From IMG/VR virus record IMGVR_UViG_3300020203_000404, positions 87,811 to 151,810 of that record: a stretch of 64,000 bases of DNA, one strand, 5' to 3'. The translations under genes were made by a program, and so were the position numbers. This DNA comes from a virus. The notes under the pieces were generated by a model. The model was not told the DNA's origin. It was given only the letters and a program-made list of their open reading frames with translations, and ran no database searches. Below are positions 20,494 through 30,662 of the stretch, piece after piece; position 1 is the stretch's first letter, and every line of letters begins with the position of its first letter.

Positions 20494-21879
20494 ATGGCAA
20501 GAGAAGTAGGAGATTTGTGGCCGCAAGTTAGTGGCTCTGCATCTTTGGGTGCGGAGATGCGTAATGGTGGCTTTACCGGAGCGATACGTCCATTCGCTCA
20601 TGTACATATGGACAGTGGTATATTTCATAGTTCACTTATTGATAATTCTGGTATCATTAGATTAGACACGGGCAAGGGACTTTATAATGCACATGCTCCA
20701 TCTTTTTCATTTTCTTTTAATGGCGGGAATAATTTTCCGTTGGAAATTGGTGGCAATGCAGCACAACCAGTATTAGAAGCTGCGTATATTGAGACACCAA
20801 GAGGAGACTTGCGTCTTACTGCAAGCGGCACTTTAACGCTTTTAAGTCTTAATAGCGACATTGGCGTTACAACAAATAGCGATACTGTTATAAGCGTTTT
20901 TAATAATAGCGGCGTCCTACATTACGAGTTTGGTCCTCATCAAGCTTGGTATGTAAAAGCTAGTCACTCAAATACTGGCGGACCATTCAATGATGGCTTC
21001 TGGCCGATTGCACATTCGGGCAACGTTGCTCAAATGATTGCTAGTAGCACTACAACATTACAACAGGCGTACGTAGCTGGCCGCTCTATCATCACAACAT
21101 CACTTGATGGCGGACCTGTACTAATCTCTGGTCAGACTGCTGTACCATTACGTCTTGAAACCGCAGAAGATAGTTTGGGACATATTGAAATGTTAGGTCT
21201 ACTTAGATCTCCAACAGAATTTCAAAAGCCAGGCACTCTTGTCTTGATGAGTCATGGTTTGAATCTTGACAATCCTTTTGTTGCGTCTATCACTGGACAA
21301 AACATGATTGCCGCCAAGTCTGCCGGTATACCAACACTTTGGTTACACTGTGGTGGTTCTGGAACGGTTGCAATACGTACTGCGTCTGGTGTATCTCAGT
21401 TTTTTAATATCTTTGCTTCAAATGCAATAACTGAAACCGGCTTGAATGTGCCGTTTTTAGATCCATCACAATCAGTACCAGATAGATTTTTAAAGTCTAT
21501 TTCTGGCAGTGGTATTCAAGTTCTTGTTCCTGGCCTTTATAAGATTTTGTATGCGGCTTCGCTAGAAAAAACTGCTGGCGAACTTGCTCAACAAGTTAAC
21601 ATAGAGATTCGCATTAATGATATTTGGGGTCAAACATTTAAAATTATTGGCGGCAATGCTTTTTCTACTGTTAGAGATTCAGCATCTAACGTTAATACGG
21701 CACATGGACAATCTATTATTGATGTTAACAGTGGCGAAGTGCTCAATATTTTTGGTTATTTACCATTCGCTCCTGTGCCACCAAACTCTGTACGATTCGG
21801 CCAAAGATTGTGCAATGTTATTGTAGAGTATCTTGGTCCACAAAGAGGTATCAGTACTGTGAGACTGAAAGTAACATAA
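20494..21879 (+). CDS. Tail fiber/receptor-binding-like protein
   Basis: TTLQQAY motif; C-terminal VPGLYKI C1q-like beta-sandwich; N-terminus similar to the 18957 gene. Confidence 0.55.
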   Translation: MAREVGDLWPQVSGSASLGAEMRNGGFTGAIRPFAHVHMDSGIFHSSLIDNSGIIRLDTGKGLYNAHAPSFSFSFNGGNNFPLEIGGNAAQPVLEAAYIETPRGDLRLTASGTLTLLSLNSDIGVTTNSDTVISVFNNSGVLHYEFGPHQAWYVKASHSNTGGPFNDGFWPIAHSGNVAQMIASSTTTLQQAYVAGRSIITTSLDGGPVLISGQTAVPLRLETAEDSLGHIEMLGLLRSPTEFQKPGTLVLMSHGLNLDNPFVASITGQNMIAAKSAGIPTLWLHCGGSGTVAIRTASGVSQFFNIFASNAITETGLNVPFLDPSQSVPDRFLKSISGSGIQVLVPGLYKILYAASLEKTAGELAQQVNIEIRINDIWGQTFKIIGGNAFSTVRDSASNVNTAHGQSIIDVNSGEVLNIFGYLPFAPVPPNSVRFGQRLCNVIVEYLGPQRGISTVRLKVT

Positions 21880-22178
21880 TGGACGCTGTATTAGACACGG
21901 CAAAAACATTAATTGAAAGCTACGGCTTTACTGGTGCGGCTTTTGGTGGACTATTGTGGCTTCTATGGAAGAACAAGAAGGACGCTGACGTGCGTATCAC
22001 AGAGCTTGAGCGTGCAGCAGACTCTTATCAGTCTGGTCAAGTTGCCAACTACAAAGAGATGATCATGGAATATATTTGTCTCGTTAAGGGTAACACAGAG
22101 TTGCTCGCCAAGCTAACTACCTGTCTTGATTCAATGAATAATACTCTACTTAGGCTAGAAGATAAGAAGCAAGAATAG
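21879..22178 (+). CDS. Putative holin-like membrane protein
   Basis: One TM segment (YGFTGAAFGGLLWLLW) then a coiled coil; last gene of the structural block. Confidence 0.4.
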   Translation: MDAVLDTAKTLIESYGFTGAAFGGLLWLLWKNKKDADVRITELERAADSYQSGQVANYKEMIMEYICLVKGNTELLAKLTTCLDSMNNTLLRLEDKKQE

Positions 22179-22184
22179 AAACAC

Positions 22185-22209
22185 TCGGGGCCGCGATAAG
22201 CGGCCCCGA
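22185..22209. terminator. Hairpin terminator between convergent operons
   Basis: TCGGGGCCGC-GATAA-GCGGCCCCGA. Confidence 0.75.
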
Positions 22210-22213
22210 TTGT

Positions 22214-22453
22214 TTACACGATGTTTGGTTTGGCGTTGTTAGGATCGCCTCGCTTCTCGACCCTTTCTTTGTCCGCAGCTACACTCGCTTCGGGCGTCAT
22301 TACGCACGCACCAAAGGGTTTACGTTCTGGGCGTCCAAAGAAGGACATGATCTCAGTCCTGAGACTTGCACGCACCTCCTGTGGTACATTGAATTGCTCC
22401 AAGCGTTCACGCAGAATACGATCCAGCGTGAGTCCATTGTCATTACTGTTCAT
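22214..22453 (-). CDS. Hypothetical protein
   Basis: ORF coupled to the upstream gene. Confidence 0.5.
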   Translation of the reverse strand: MNSNDNGLTLDRILRERLEQFNVPQEVRASLRTEIMSFFGRPERKPFGACVMTPEASVAADKERVEKRGDPNNAKPNIV

Positions 22454-22949
22454 TTTTCCACATTCTTTTAAAGCGGTTGATAGTACGTCTCTTTAATGAG
22501 CGTGCTTGATCTTTATCTATCTCATCTAGTTTGGCAGCCAACTCACTAACCTTTGAGTGGTCCTTGGGAGCCAATAGAACCTCCCCGTCCCTAACCTTTG
22601 CCTTAACATATTCGGCTGTCTTCTTGCGAAAGAAGACGAGCGATCGAATAGTGGGCACCAATTCACGACGAATAGCTTGTTGCCACCTGCGACAAGTATC
22701 GTCGAGCGGCGAGACCTGACTGTTGAGTTCATCTATGATTCGCGAGTCGTTGTATACCATCACGTCACCCTGAATGCCTTGTTTTCGAGCCACTTCCTTG
22801 AGGGCTAGAAACAACACCTTATAGGTGTGGTGAATCTCATTAAAGATAGGACGGCCACGTTCATCCGTTGCCGGGGTGCATTTGAAGCTAGCTTCAACGC
22901 CTTCCCCAGCAACATAGTAACCATCTTTGGTAACGAAGACCGTGATCAT
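22443..22949 (-). CDS. Hypothetical protein, possible RNase H-like fold
   Basis: VMVYNDSRIIDELN resembles the RNase HI DS motif. Confidence 0.4.
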   Translation of the reverse strand: MITVFVTKDGYYVAGEGVEASFKCTPATDERGRPIFNEIHHTYKVLFLALKEVARKQGIQGDVMVYNDSRIIDELNSQVSPLDDTCRRWQQAIRRELVPTIRSLVFFRKKTAEYVKAKVRDGEVLLAPKDHSKVSELAAKLDEIDKDQARSLKRRTINRFKRMWKNEQ

Positions 22950-23476
22950 TGTGCCAAACGACAGAAGTCAGCCTTCATTTCCGTGGCCCGTGCTTGCTCG
23001 ACTGGCGTGACTACGCCAGCAGTGCGTAGAGCGTCAGCAACAATAGTCAGTACTTCTTGGGTACGTGGCGAGAGTTCAAGCATATGCGTCTCGGGATTCA
23101 ACCATTCCAGGGCACCACGAGCTAGCAATTCTTGTTCGACAACAAGCAAGATGAATTCAACTTCATCATTATCAAAGCCAGCCTTACGAAGAGCCGGAAC
23201 AATCAAGGACTTCACTCCACCGGCAATGGGTTCGCCCTTAATGCCATCAATGATTGCGGCCACAACACCGAGTTGATTATGAGTGACGAGGCCCTCCTGT
23301 AGAATGCGGTTAGAACCAATCTTCACACCCAACTGAATGTACAGCTTCCACTTGCCGTATTCAAGCTCGGTCATCTCTTCAAGCGGCTTAACTCCAATCC
23401 CTCCGGTGTTGACGCACGATACGAAGCCGCTTGAGAGAGCGGCACAAAATACCAACACTGTTACAATTTTCTTCAT
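22946..23476 (-). CDS. Lipoprotein
   Basis: MKK + hydrophobic stretch + lipobox-like FVS-C. Confidence 0.6.
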   Translation of the reverse strand: MKKIVTVLVFCAALSSGFVSCVNTGGIGVKPLEEMTELEYGKWKLYIQLGVKIGSNRILQEGLVTHNQLGVVAAIIDGIKGEPIAGGVKSLIVPALRKAGFDNDEVEFILLVVEQELLARGALEWLNPETHMLELSPRTQEVLTIVADALRTAGVVTPVEQARATEMKADFCRLAQ

Positions 23477-24039
23477 GATTCATTCTTCTTTCGAGCTACT
23501 GGACTGTGACCTTCTCGGGTGTCGGCTGGAGCCTTTGCACCCAAGAACGCCGCCTTTTCTTCTACTGTTTTTTCATTGATACGCTTACGGCAGTCTCTAC
23601 ACGTACGGTAGATATGACGTTTACCATTCTCCATGGTTATACTGATGGGACTTTTATTGATGTGTAAACATTTACTACCATCTACTGCCATTCCTGGCAA
23701 AATGATATCTTGATCTTCTGATATTTCACGAGGACTTGTATCGACCATCTCTCGTTTCTTTGCAGCAACAAAACTAGCATCGTCTTCATCCAGGTCGGCA
23801 AGTGTACGCTGACCTGGATTTTCGGAATGGCTCTGGCGGGCACCGCCAACAAAGTCCCAGCCCTCAGGCAACAAGTCGCCTGAGACAAGCTGTTGCTCAA
23901 GTTTTGCGGCTGCTGCCGCAGAGAGTTCGTATGTGCGACCAGTCTTCTTGCCACTTTTCTTTATAACCAACGTGACTGTATCGGCGGGATCATATTCCTG
24001 CTTGGTTAAATCACATTCTTGAACAACACGTCTTGCCAT
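23473..24039 (-). CDS. Hypothetical protein (Lsr2-like N-terminus possible)
   Basis: MARRVVQECDL...RTYELSAAAAAKL. Confidence 0.45.
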   Translation of the reverse strand: MARRVVQECDLTKQEYDPADTVTLVIKKSGKKTGRTYELSAAAAAKLEQQLVSGDLLPEGWDFVGGARQSHSENPGQRTLADLDEDDASFVAAKKREMVDTSPREISEDQDIILPGMAVDGSKCLHINKSPISITMENGKRHIYRTCRDCRKRINEKTVEEKAAFLGAKAPADTREGHSPVARKKNES

Positions 24040-24728
24040 TACGGTAAGTCCTGACTTCTGTATGCTTCGTATCTACGAAGAACTTCCTTAACGATTGGTG
24101 AGCGTTGAACCGTCTCAATATTCTCCATTGAGATTACACCCACTCCTGGTACCCCATCCAGTATGTTGATTGCCTCAATCAAGGCACTATTTTCTGGACG
24201 AATGTCGCACTGATCCATATCGCCAGCAATTACTAGCTTGGAATGCTTACCAACTCTAGTAAGTAACATCTTCATAGCGTCACCATCCAGAGGAACGTTT
24301 TGTGCTTCCTCTACGATAATGAAGCAGTTGTTGAATGAGCGTCCACGGCACAGACTTAAGACCGTGAACTCAAACTTGTCACGAACGATGTTGTCAATGT
24401 CTTGTTCATTTTGAAACATAAGACGCATGTTGTCTCTTAGACCTAGAACATACGGCGTGACCTTTTCATCAACTGTACCCGGCAGAGCACCAAGTTTTTC
24501 TCCAGTATTGGATTGAATATATGGACGAACGATCACAATACGTTGAATGCCGCCTCTTTTGGGGGCATTCATCATCATGGTCAATGCCTTATTGACCGCC
24601 AAGAATGTCTTTCCTGTACCGGCATAGCCGTTACAAATAGTGATAATGTTTCGATCTAGTGAATCTTGATACTCTTCTTGTCCTGGTGCTGGTTGAGCGG
24701 GAACAAATCGGACTTCACTTTTTTGCAT
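24039..24728 (-). CDS. phoH: PhoH family ATPase
   Basis: GYAGTGKT, LGALPG, RGRSF, EEAQN, LTRVG, GDMDQ. Confidence 0.93.
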   Translation of the reverse strand: MQKSEVRFVPAQPAPGQEEYQDSLDRNIITICNGYAGTGKTFLAVNKALTMMMNAPKRGGIQRIVIVRPYIQSNTGEKLGALPGTVDEKVTPYVLGLRDNMRLMFQNEQDIDNIVRDKFEFTVLSLCRGRSFNNCFIIVEEAQNVPLDGDAMKMLLTRVGKHSKLVIAGDMDQCDIRPENSALIEAINILDGVPGVGVISMENIETVQRSPIVKEVLRRYEAYRSQDLP

Positions 24729-24731
24729 CTA

Positions 24732-25334
24732 TCATCCTCTATTGGCCCTACGAGAAGCTTTTGTTTTCTTGTTTTGGGCACGACGATCCGCAATAACCTT
24801 GCGACGGTGGGGGGTAAGCTTCATGCCAAACTTCGTTTGGCTAACTTGTGCTGACATTTCATTCTCAAGGTGATGAGCAATGATCGTACCATTCAAGTGG
24901 TCCATTTCATGCATCACACATCTTGCCCAAAAACCCTTGAATACTTCCGTCTTGACCTCGCCGTCAAGCTCGTGATATTGAAGAGTAATTTGCTTTGGTC
25001 TTTTAATCATTGCACTAAATCCAGGAAGTGACAGGCATGCTTCGCCGTCCTTCTTCGTCTCGCGACTACGCGAGATAACTACCGGATTAATGAATGCACG
25101 ATTCACGCCCTTTTCGCGAAGCAAGAAGATCCGTTTAGGATAGCCCACCTGTACGGCGGCTAAACCTGCGGCTTGTTCTCCAAGCACATCAAGGACAGCA
25201 TCCATTTTGCCAATGACGGCTGCATCAGTATCATTGATGGGTAAGCTACATGGTTGCGACGCACCTTCAAGCAAGGGCCAGCGTTCTTGATCTTGGGGCG
25301 TGATTATCACTGATTCTTGTGTTGATGATTCCAT
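24732..25334 (-). CDS. def: Peptide deformylase
   Basis: GLAAVQ, EACLS, HEMDHLNG. Confidence 0.93.
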   Translation of the reverse strand: MESSTQESVIITPQDQERWPLLEGASQPCSLPINDTDAAVIGKMDAVLDVLGEQAAGLAAVQVGYPKRIFLLREKGVNRAFINPVVISRSRETKKDGEACLSLPGFSAMIKRPKQITLQYHELDGEVKTEVFKGFWARCVMHEMDHLNGTIIAHHLENEMSAQVSQTKFGMKLTPHRRKVIADRRAQNKKTKASRRANRG

Positions 25335-25921
25335 ACTCGATTGATCCATTTCAAAAATTCCTCGGTTGTCTTGACGTGCTTCCCGTAATTACAATCTTTA
25401 CAAGATGTCACACAGTTGTCTAGTGAATAGCCAAGATTACTATCAATCCTGTCAATGCCGTTTGTCCGAATCAGACCATCCTCGTGACGCCGCTTGGCTT
25501 GTTCTGACCGAACTTGTTTGTATCTAGTCTTATTAAAGACGTTTTGTGCTATTGATGGAAGAGCACCACAATAATAACAACTTGAAAAAATGAAGCGTTC
25601 AAACTCGTCTTTTGTTAATGACCAAGACAAGTGTCTTTTTTTTGCTCCGCCTTTGTAGCGGGACATGTAGTTATTGATATTTGTTTCTTTAGGATCTCTT
25701 GAAAAGAGAGGAGCGTGAACACGCCATTGACATCCACATGACCTATTGGGTGTTCTACGAATTTGCCTGCTGTCTAAGATGATTTCATTGCCACAATCAC
25801 ATCTCGCCTGCCATTGCACGTACTTATCATTCTTGACAAGTTTTTGATCATCGGATACACGCCCTAAGATGGTCATATATCCAATACGCTTTCCTGTATA
25901 ATCTATTGCTTTGTGTGCCAT
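25307..25921 (-). CDS. HNH homing endonuclease
   Basis: CDCG..SCGC; CYYC..GIDRIDSNLGYSLDNCVTSCKDCNYGK. Confidence 0.8.
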   Translation of the reverse strand: MAHKAIDYTGKRIGYMTILGRVSDDQKLVKNDKYVQWQARCDCGNEIILDSRQIRRTPNRSCGCQWRVHAPLFSRDPKETNINNYMSRYKGGAKKRHLSWSLTKDEFERFIFSSCYYCGALPSIAQNVFNKTRYKQVRSEQAKRRHEDGLIRTNGIDRIDSNLGYSLDNCVTSCKDCNYGKHVKTTEEFLKWINRVWNHQHKNQ

Positions 25922-25961
25922 ATCAAGTAGTACACTATTAGCACGCGGCATGAGTGTGATA

Positions 25962-26738
25962 TTAGGACAGAATCTCATAGCCATCTTCCTTGACAAGGAT
26001 ACATCGTTCCGAATGAGCAACCAATGATCCGTCTTTAGAGCGTGCCGTCCAGCCATCATCACCAATCACAAACTCTGTTGATCCGAATGTCACAACTGGT
26101 TCGAGACAAATAATATCGCCGGTCTTAAACTTATACGCAGCATACTCTCTTTCAAGTTGCCACTGCTTAATCTTAGAGAGCGATCTATCTATTCCATTGG
26201 GGATAAAGGGCACTTCATGTAATGTTCGCCCTATCTTATGACCACCCCAAGCAAGACATATATTGACGCCTAATGCAGTGGCTCTAGCCTCAGCAATTTT
26301 AGCTATTTCAAGTAAACTAACGCCATCTTTAAGCACAGAAATCTCAGCTTCCAATACACTCTCTACGGCAGTAATGAGACGTTCTTGAAAAGGAAAAAAT
26401 GTAGGGTGTGTTACATCAGAAACGATGCGGGTGCGTGCAGAGTCCACACACCATCCTTCATAGCTACAGCCAACGTCTACGGTGAGTAGATCGCCGTCTT
26501 TTAGAACGTAGTTGTTCGGGACGCCGTGTACGATAACATCGTTAGGCGATAAGCAGCAGACTCCTGTGAATCCGCGATAGCCTTTAAAGATTGGTACGCA
26601 TCCAAATATAGCGAAGTGTTGCTCTATCGCGTCGTTAATCTCTAAGAGAGTTGTGCCCGGAACGGCATGGCTAAATCCTAATTCAATAGCCATGCGATTG
26701 ATTTCCCCGGCGTGGCGAGTGGCTTCGAGTCTATCCAT
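25962..26738 (-). CDS. map: Methionine aminopeptidase type I
   Basis: SPNDVIVHGVP, DVG..DSART, GHKIG..LHE, LEP, AHSE. Confidence 0.92.
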   Translation of the reverse strand: MDRLEATRHAGEINRMAIELGFSHAVPGTTLLEINDAIEQHFAIFGCVPIFKGYRGFTGVCCLSPNDVIVHGVPNNYVLKDGDLLTVDVGCSYEGWCVDSARTRIVSDVTHPTFFPFQERLITAVESVLEAEISVLKDGVSLLEIAKIAEARATALGVNICLAWGGHKIGRTLHEVPFIPNGIDRSLSKIKQWQLEREYAAYKFKTGDIICLEPVVTFGSTEFVIGDDGWTARSKDGSLVAHSERCILVKEDGYEILS

Positions 26739-27330
26739 GTTCTTCAACCCAATACTTGATCTTTCGCCAGTGTGACAGCGTTTCACGGTAAGCCTTTTCA
26801 GGACTTTTCAAGTGAAACGATGGGTGGTAAGTCACAATAACCTTGGAAGCGTAGCCATCTACAGTGTAATTCAGCCAGCCGTCTTTATTGGACAGCTTAT
26901 CAAAAAAAAACCGATTCAATGCACCCTTAATTGGCTCGCCTTTAAATTGTTCAAGTGCAGATCGTCCAAGCAATACTATTAACTTGGGACGCAGCAACCT
27001 GATCTGTAGGTCGAGCCGCCATTTACACGAGTCCATTTCTTCTTTTCGAGGCGTTCTGTCATTAGGTGTACGACATAGAACCGTGTTTGTGATATAGACA
27101 TCTTGACGTGTCACGCCAAGGTAACTAAGGATTGAGTCTAATTTTTGTCCAGCTTTTCCCAGAAAAGGAACGCCCTCCAAGTCCTCTTCTTCGCCAGGGG
27201 CTTCGCCAACAATCAAAATCAATGGTTCGTGTGAGCCCGATCCGAATACAACCTTTGTGCGGGTTTTGCATAGGTCGCAAGATCCGCACGAAGACATCTG
27301 TTCTTGAAAAGCATCAAGCCGAGCATTCAT
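26731..27330 (-). CDS. Uracil-DNA glycosylase family 4
   Basis: CGSCDLC, VGEAPG, CRTP, TYHPS. Confidence 0.9.
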   Translation of the reverse strand: MNARLDAFQEQMSSCGSCDLCKTRTKVVFGSGSHEPLILIVGEAPGEEEDLEGVPFLGKAGQKLDSILSYLGVTRQDVYITNTVLCRTPNDRTPRKEEMDSCKWRLDLQIRLLRPKLIVLLGRSALEQFKGEPIKGALNRFFFDKLSNKDGWLNYTVDGYASKVIVTYHPSFHLKSPEKAYRETLSHWRKIKYWVEEHG

Positions 27331-28265
27331 ACATTATGTCCCGTGAACAACTCGTTAGTCCAATTACCCTTAGTCTTTCTTCGCAGTGCGTCTCCACCGA
27401 AGTGAAGTAAGTTCATCATGGAATCGGCTGATGCTGCGATACGACCTTCAATCGTCTTGATGTCTGTTATTTCATTGCAAGAGTTTTCAAGAGCTTGCTT
27501 CTTAGCTTCCGGCACTTCTATTTCAAGGTCATTCTCAACGTGAATCATTAGATGATCCACATAGCGGGCACTTGCACGATTAATACCCGTCATATAGAAT
27601 GCGTCCTTCGGACGCAGGTGGCCATTCACATAGCAGGTTGACGTGTGCCAGCCGATGTTGCGGAAGATACAGGCTGCCATGACCAGTGAAATGTTCAGGG
27701 GGGTTTCAGATTCTTTTGCCTGTACGGCCATCACCTTGGCTAATCGTAGCGAGCCAGCGACGTGTACTAAAAGACCGCCGCGATAAGCCAGGGGGCCGCT
27801 CAAGCCATAGGGGCTCGTCTTGAGAGCGTGTAGCATATCGAGACGATGAATAGCGTTACCCACGACATTGCGGTAGTGCTCATCGGTCATTGTCTCGAAG
27901 GCTTCTTCAACGTCTGCTGCACACGCAGCCAGAGCGGCGTCACTCATGCCCTTCACATAGTCGTGAACATTGAGGGGCGTATCTACCTCAACGACCTTAC
28001 TGGCGTCTACAGAGAACTCTAGATCGTCCTTGTAGGGTTTTAACTCTACTGCCATACGATAATACTGACCTTCAACTAAGGTGCTGTCGTAATTCCATAC
28101 GACACCTTCAATTTCTCCAGTAATATCTCGAAGCGTTGCCTTGGCGAATCTATTGCCAGAGGTCGTTAGCATGGCTTCATTTTGCGTAACCTTTTGAACA
28201 AGAAAGATCTGTCGGTAACGACCAGCTTTCAAGTCCTTGATCGCAATATACGTTTCAGTATTCAT
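27327..28265 (-). CDS. YhaM/Cbf1-like OB-fold + HD-fold protein (HD replaced by RN)
   Basis: LRDITGEIEGVVW OB fold; AYRGGLLVH; ACIFRNIG in place of LHDIG. Confidence 0.7.
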   Translation of the reverse strand: MNTETYIAIKDLKAGRYRQIFLVQKVTQNEAMLTTSGNRFAKATLRDITGEIEGVVWNYDSTLVEGQYYRMAVELKPYKDDLEFSVDASKVVEVDTPLNVHDYVKGMSDAALAACAADVEEAFETMTDEHYRNVVGNAIHRLDMLHALKTSPYGLSGPLAYRGGLLVHVAGSLRLAKVMAVQAKESETPLNISLVMAACIFRNIGWHTSTCYVNGHLRPKDAFYMTGINRASARYVDHLMIHVENDLEIEVPEAKKQALENSCNEITDIKTIEGRIAASADSMMNLLHFGGDALRRKTKGNWTNELFTGHNV

Positions 28266-28467
28266 ATTTGTTGCGTCTGCCACCATGCGTTCGATCATCT
28301 CCCTGTTTACAGGTTGGGCATTGAGCGACCTTGCGGGTGATGATGTAGATTTCATCTGGCTGTTCTCTTTCTGAACCTGGATTAAGGATGATCTTCACTT
28401 GTCCGCCGTAGTAACAGCCGCGACACTTGCCGCATTCAATAAGAGTGATAGTCTTAGGCGTTTTCAT
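28255..28467 (-). CDS. Small zinc-finger protein
   Basis: CGKC, CPTC. Confidence 0.5.
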   Translation of the reverse strand: MKTPKTITLIECGKCRGCYYGGQVKIILNPGSEREQPDEIYIITRKVAQCPTCKQGDDRTHGGRRNKYEY

Positions 28468-28975
28468 GACTCAATCTCTTTTCCAGCAACTTGACGAGTC
28501 GTTTGACATGCATAGCCACACCCTGATGTGAGATGTCACTTGACTCCGCTATCTTTCGAAACGACTTGCCTTTGACATAGTGCTCGATTAAGAAGTGTGC
28601 GTTTGGCTCTTCCGCAACCGCACTAAAAATAGAAGCCATAAGCTCGCTTTCTTCGGGTGAGTTGTCTACATAGCCGGGTTCGAGCGTAGCGTCAAACTCT
28701 AAACGATTCACGGAGACGCGAGTCTTTTCAAGAACATAGCGTAGCATACGTCCACGCATATATAAATAAGCGAAGGTCGTGAACTTAGCTTTTGTTGAGT
28801 CATAGTTTTTGACTGCACTAAGCAGGCCAACCCATGCCTCTTGTTGAAGGTCTTCGTACGTAATTAGTGGATCTTTTTTTGTGTACGAAAGGAATGGACG
28901 TATAATAGCACTGATCAGTGCGTCCCATTCACATTTTGGCAAAGAGTCTAAAGTTTTATCGTTCATAAGAGTCAA
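28454..28975 (-). CDS. Sigma-70 family RNA polymerase sigma factor
   Basis: EDLQQEAWVGL..KFTTFA region 2; SFRKIA..ISHQGV region 4. Confidence 0.88.
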   Translation of the reverse strand: MTLMNDKTLDSLPKCEWDALISAIIRPFLSYTKKDPLITYEDLQQEAWVGLLSAVKNYDSTKAKFTTFAYLYMRGRMLRYVLEKTRVSVNRLEFDATLEPGYVDNSPEESELMASIFSAVAEEPNAHFLIEHYVKGKSFRKIAESSDISHQGVAMHVKRLVKLLEKRLSHENA

Positions 28976-29351
28976 TTTGTGCGACTAGCATTGTAATGTA
29001 CGTGTTCTTTTCGTCGCTTGTCAGAGCAGCCCAGTGAGAGATCACGTCGAGATTGCCGCCGTTTGGCACTTCTTCGTTACCCACTATTTGGCGGTGCCGA
29101 TATAGTACTTGTCCTTCTATGTTTTGCACTACAAAGGTTACCACATGAAAGTCTTCGCTGTCGATTAAATTCCAGAAGTACTTGAGTAGTTCGTTGTATC
29201 GCACTACAACCTTCTTTGATTTACCGCCCTTTTCTATCAGGATAAAGATAACCCTATCCTGGTTTTTCCAGCCATCTGATTCTAGCTCGGCGTGTAGTTG
29301 CTTTACTCGGTCCCAATTGATTTTGATTGCTATGAGACAAGCCCCCTTCAA
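28956..29351 (-). CDS. Hypothetical protein
   Basis: ORF in operon. Confidence 0.5.
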   Translation of the reverse strand: MKGACLIAIKINWDRVKQLHAELESDGWKNQDRVIFILIEKGGKSKKVVVRYNELLKYFWNLIDSEDFHVVTFVVQNIEGQVLYRHRQIVGNEEVPNGGNLDVISHWAALTSDEKNTYITMLVAQIDSYER

Positions 29352-29367
29352 GTAAGGATTACACTAA

Positions 29368-30624
29368 TCACGCAACGCGACCATCTTCGATGTAAACACC
29401 CATTCTATCTTCGGAGTTGCGTGAGGCGTATTCAATCCAGATCTGAAAGTCACTGTCAACGGCCATAGAATTAATAACCGCCATACTCTCGTCATCCAGT
29501 AGCGAACCGTCTGTAATGCGAATGACACGTAAAGTTGGATTGGACGCCATCGCGATAGCAAGCGAGATTTTTAGTCTGCGTGCCGCAGAAGCTTGACAGA
29601 ACGGTACGTCTGTACCGTCTTCATTGATAATACGCACACCTTCGGCATTGATAGTAAAGCCCTTGACCGGCAAGGGGGCAGCTTCTAGAGCTTCCGCCTT
29701 TTCAATCTCGATCAGTTCCATCTTTGCGTTCAGCGATGTGATGTTAGCGTCTACACCTTCTAGTGCCTTGCGTAGCTTACGATACTCGATAACTTCACGA
29801 GCACGGCGATTGTTGTTCTCAATGTCCTTGAGTTGACTTTGCAAAAACGTAACGTCAATAACTTCTGTCTTACCAAGCTCAGCGGTGTTCGCTCCCATGA
29901 TCATGGCGGAATTGTTCACTACTGCCTGTAGTCTTTGAATCTCGCGGAGGGCATCTGCGGACGCCTTGGTAACACGCTCGTTCTCAGCTTGCAAGTCCTT
30001 GATGCGTTGATTAACTGCCACGCCCTCCGTGATAGAGACGGTGAGATCTAGGCTAGACAATTCTTCTACTGGATCTTGATCTGTTGGTGGACGAACATTC
30101 GCCAACAAACTAGCCAGACGTTTCTGTTCACGGTTGGCATCGGTGCGAGATTCGTAGGCCGCTTGTATGCGGGCGTCGAAGTCCGCCAAGTTCAACTTGC
30201 CATCCGTAATCTTAAACAAGAGGTCGGCCAGCATGGTACGCTGCTCTTGTTCGGTTTTTCTAGCAAACTCCCATGGATCGAATGAAAGATCACCAATCAT
30301 TCCATCAAGTAGTTTTTGAGGAGACGACACCTTATTGCCTTCTGGCGTACGAACTTCTAAAGTGCTGCCGCCCTCAGTAAAACGACGAGTCACAATATAG
30401 TCGCCCAGATCCAAAGTCGTCACGGCACTTTTCTCGCCACGACGTATTGGCTGCGGATTACTCTTGGATGCTGCCCTATATTCGAGTGCGAGATAGATAC
30501 AGTCAAGCACAGAAGTTTTGCCATTTTCATTCTTACCACTGATAACTACTACGTTATCAGTGGGGGTAATGTCAATAGCCTTAAGTCGCTTGATGTTTTC
30601 AGCTTGTAATTGAATGATCTTCAT
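29368..30624 (-). CDS. SMC/RecN-like AAA ATPase
   Basis: GKNENGKTS Walker A, coiled coil, ITDGSLLD Walker B. Confidence 0.85.
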   Translation of the reverse strand: MKIIQLQAENIKRLKAIDITPTDNVVVISGKNENGKTSVLDCIYLALEYRAASKSNPQPIRRGEKSAVTTLDLGDYIVTRRFTEGGSTLEVRTPEGNKVSSPQKLLDGMIGDLSFDPWEFARKTEQEQRTMLADLLFKITDGKLNLADFDARIQAAYESRTDANREQKRLASLLANVRPPTDQDPVEELSSLDLTVSITEGVAVNQRIKDLQAENERVTKASADALREIQRLQAVVNNSAMIMGANTAELGKTEVIDVTFLQSQLKDIENNNRRAREVIEYRKLRKALEGVDANITSLNAKMELIEIEKAEALEAAPLPVKGFTINAEGVRIINEDGTDVPFCQASAARRLKISLAIAMASNPTLRVIRITDGSLLDDESMAVINSMAVDSDFQIWIEYASRNSEDRMGVYIEDGRVA

Positions 30625-30662
30625 TGTTAAACGCCTTTAGAAAGTAGTTTTCAGCGACCACA

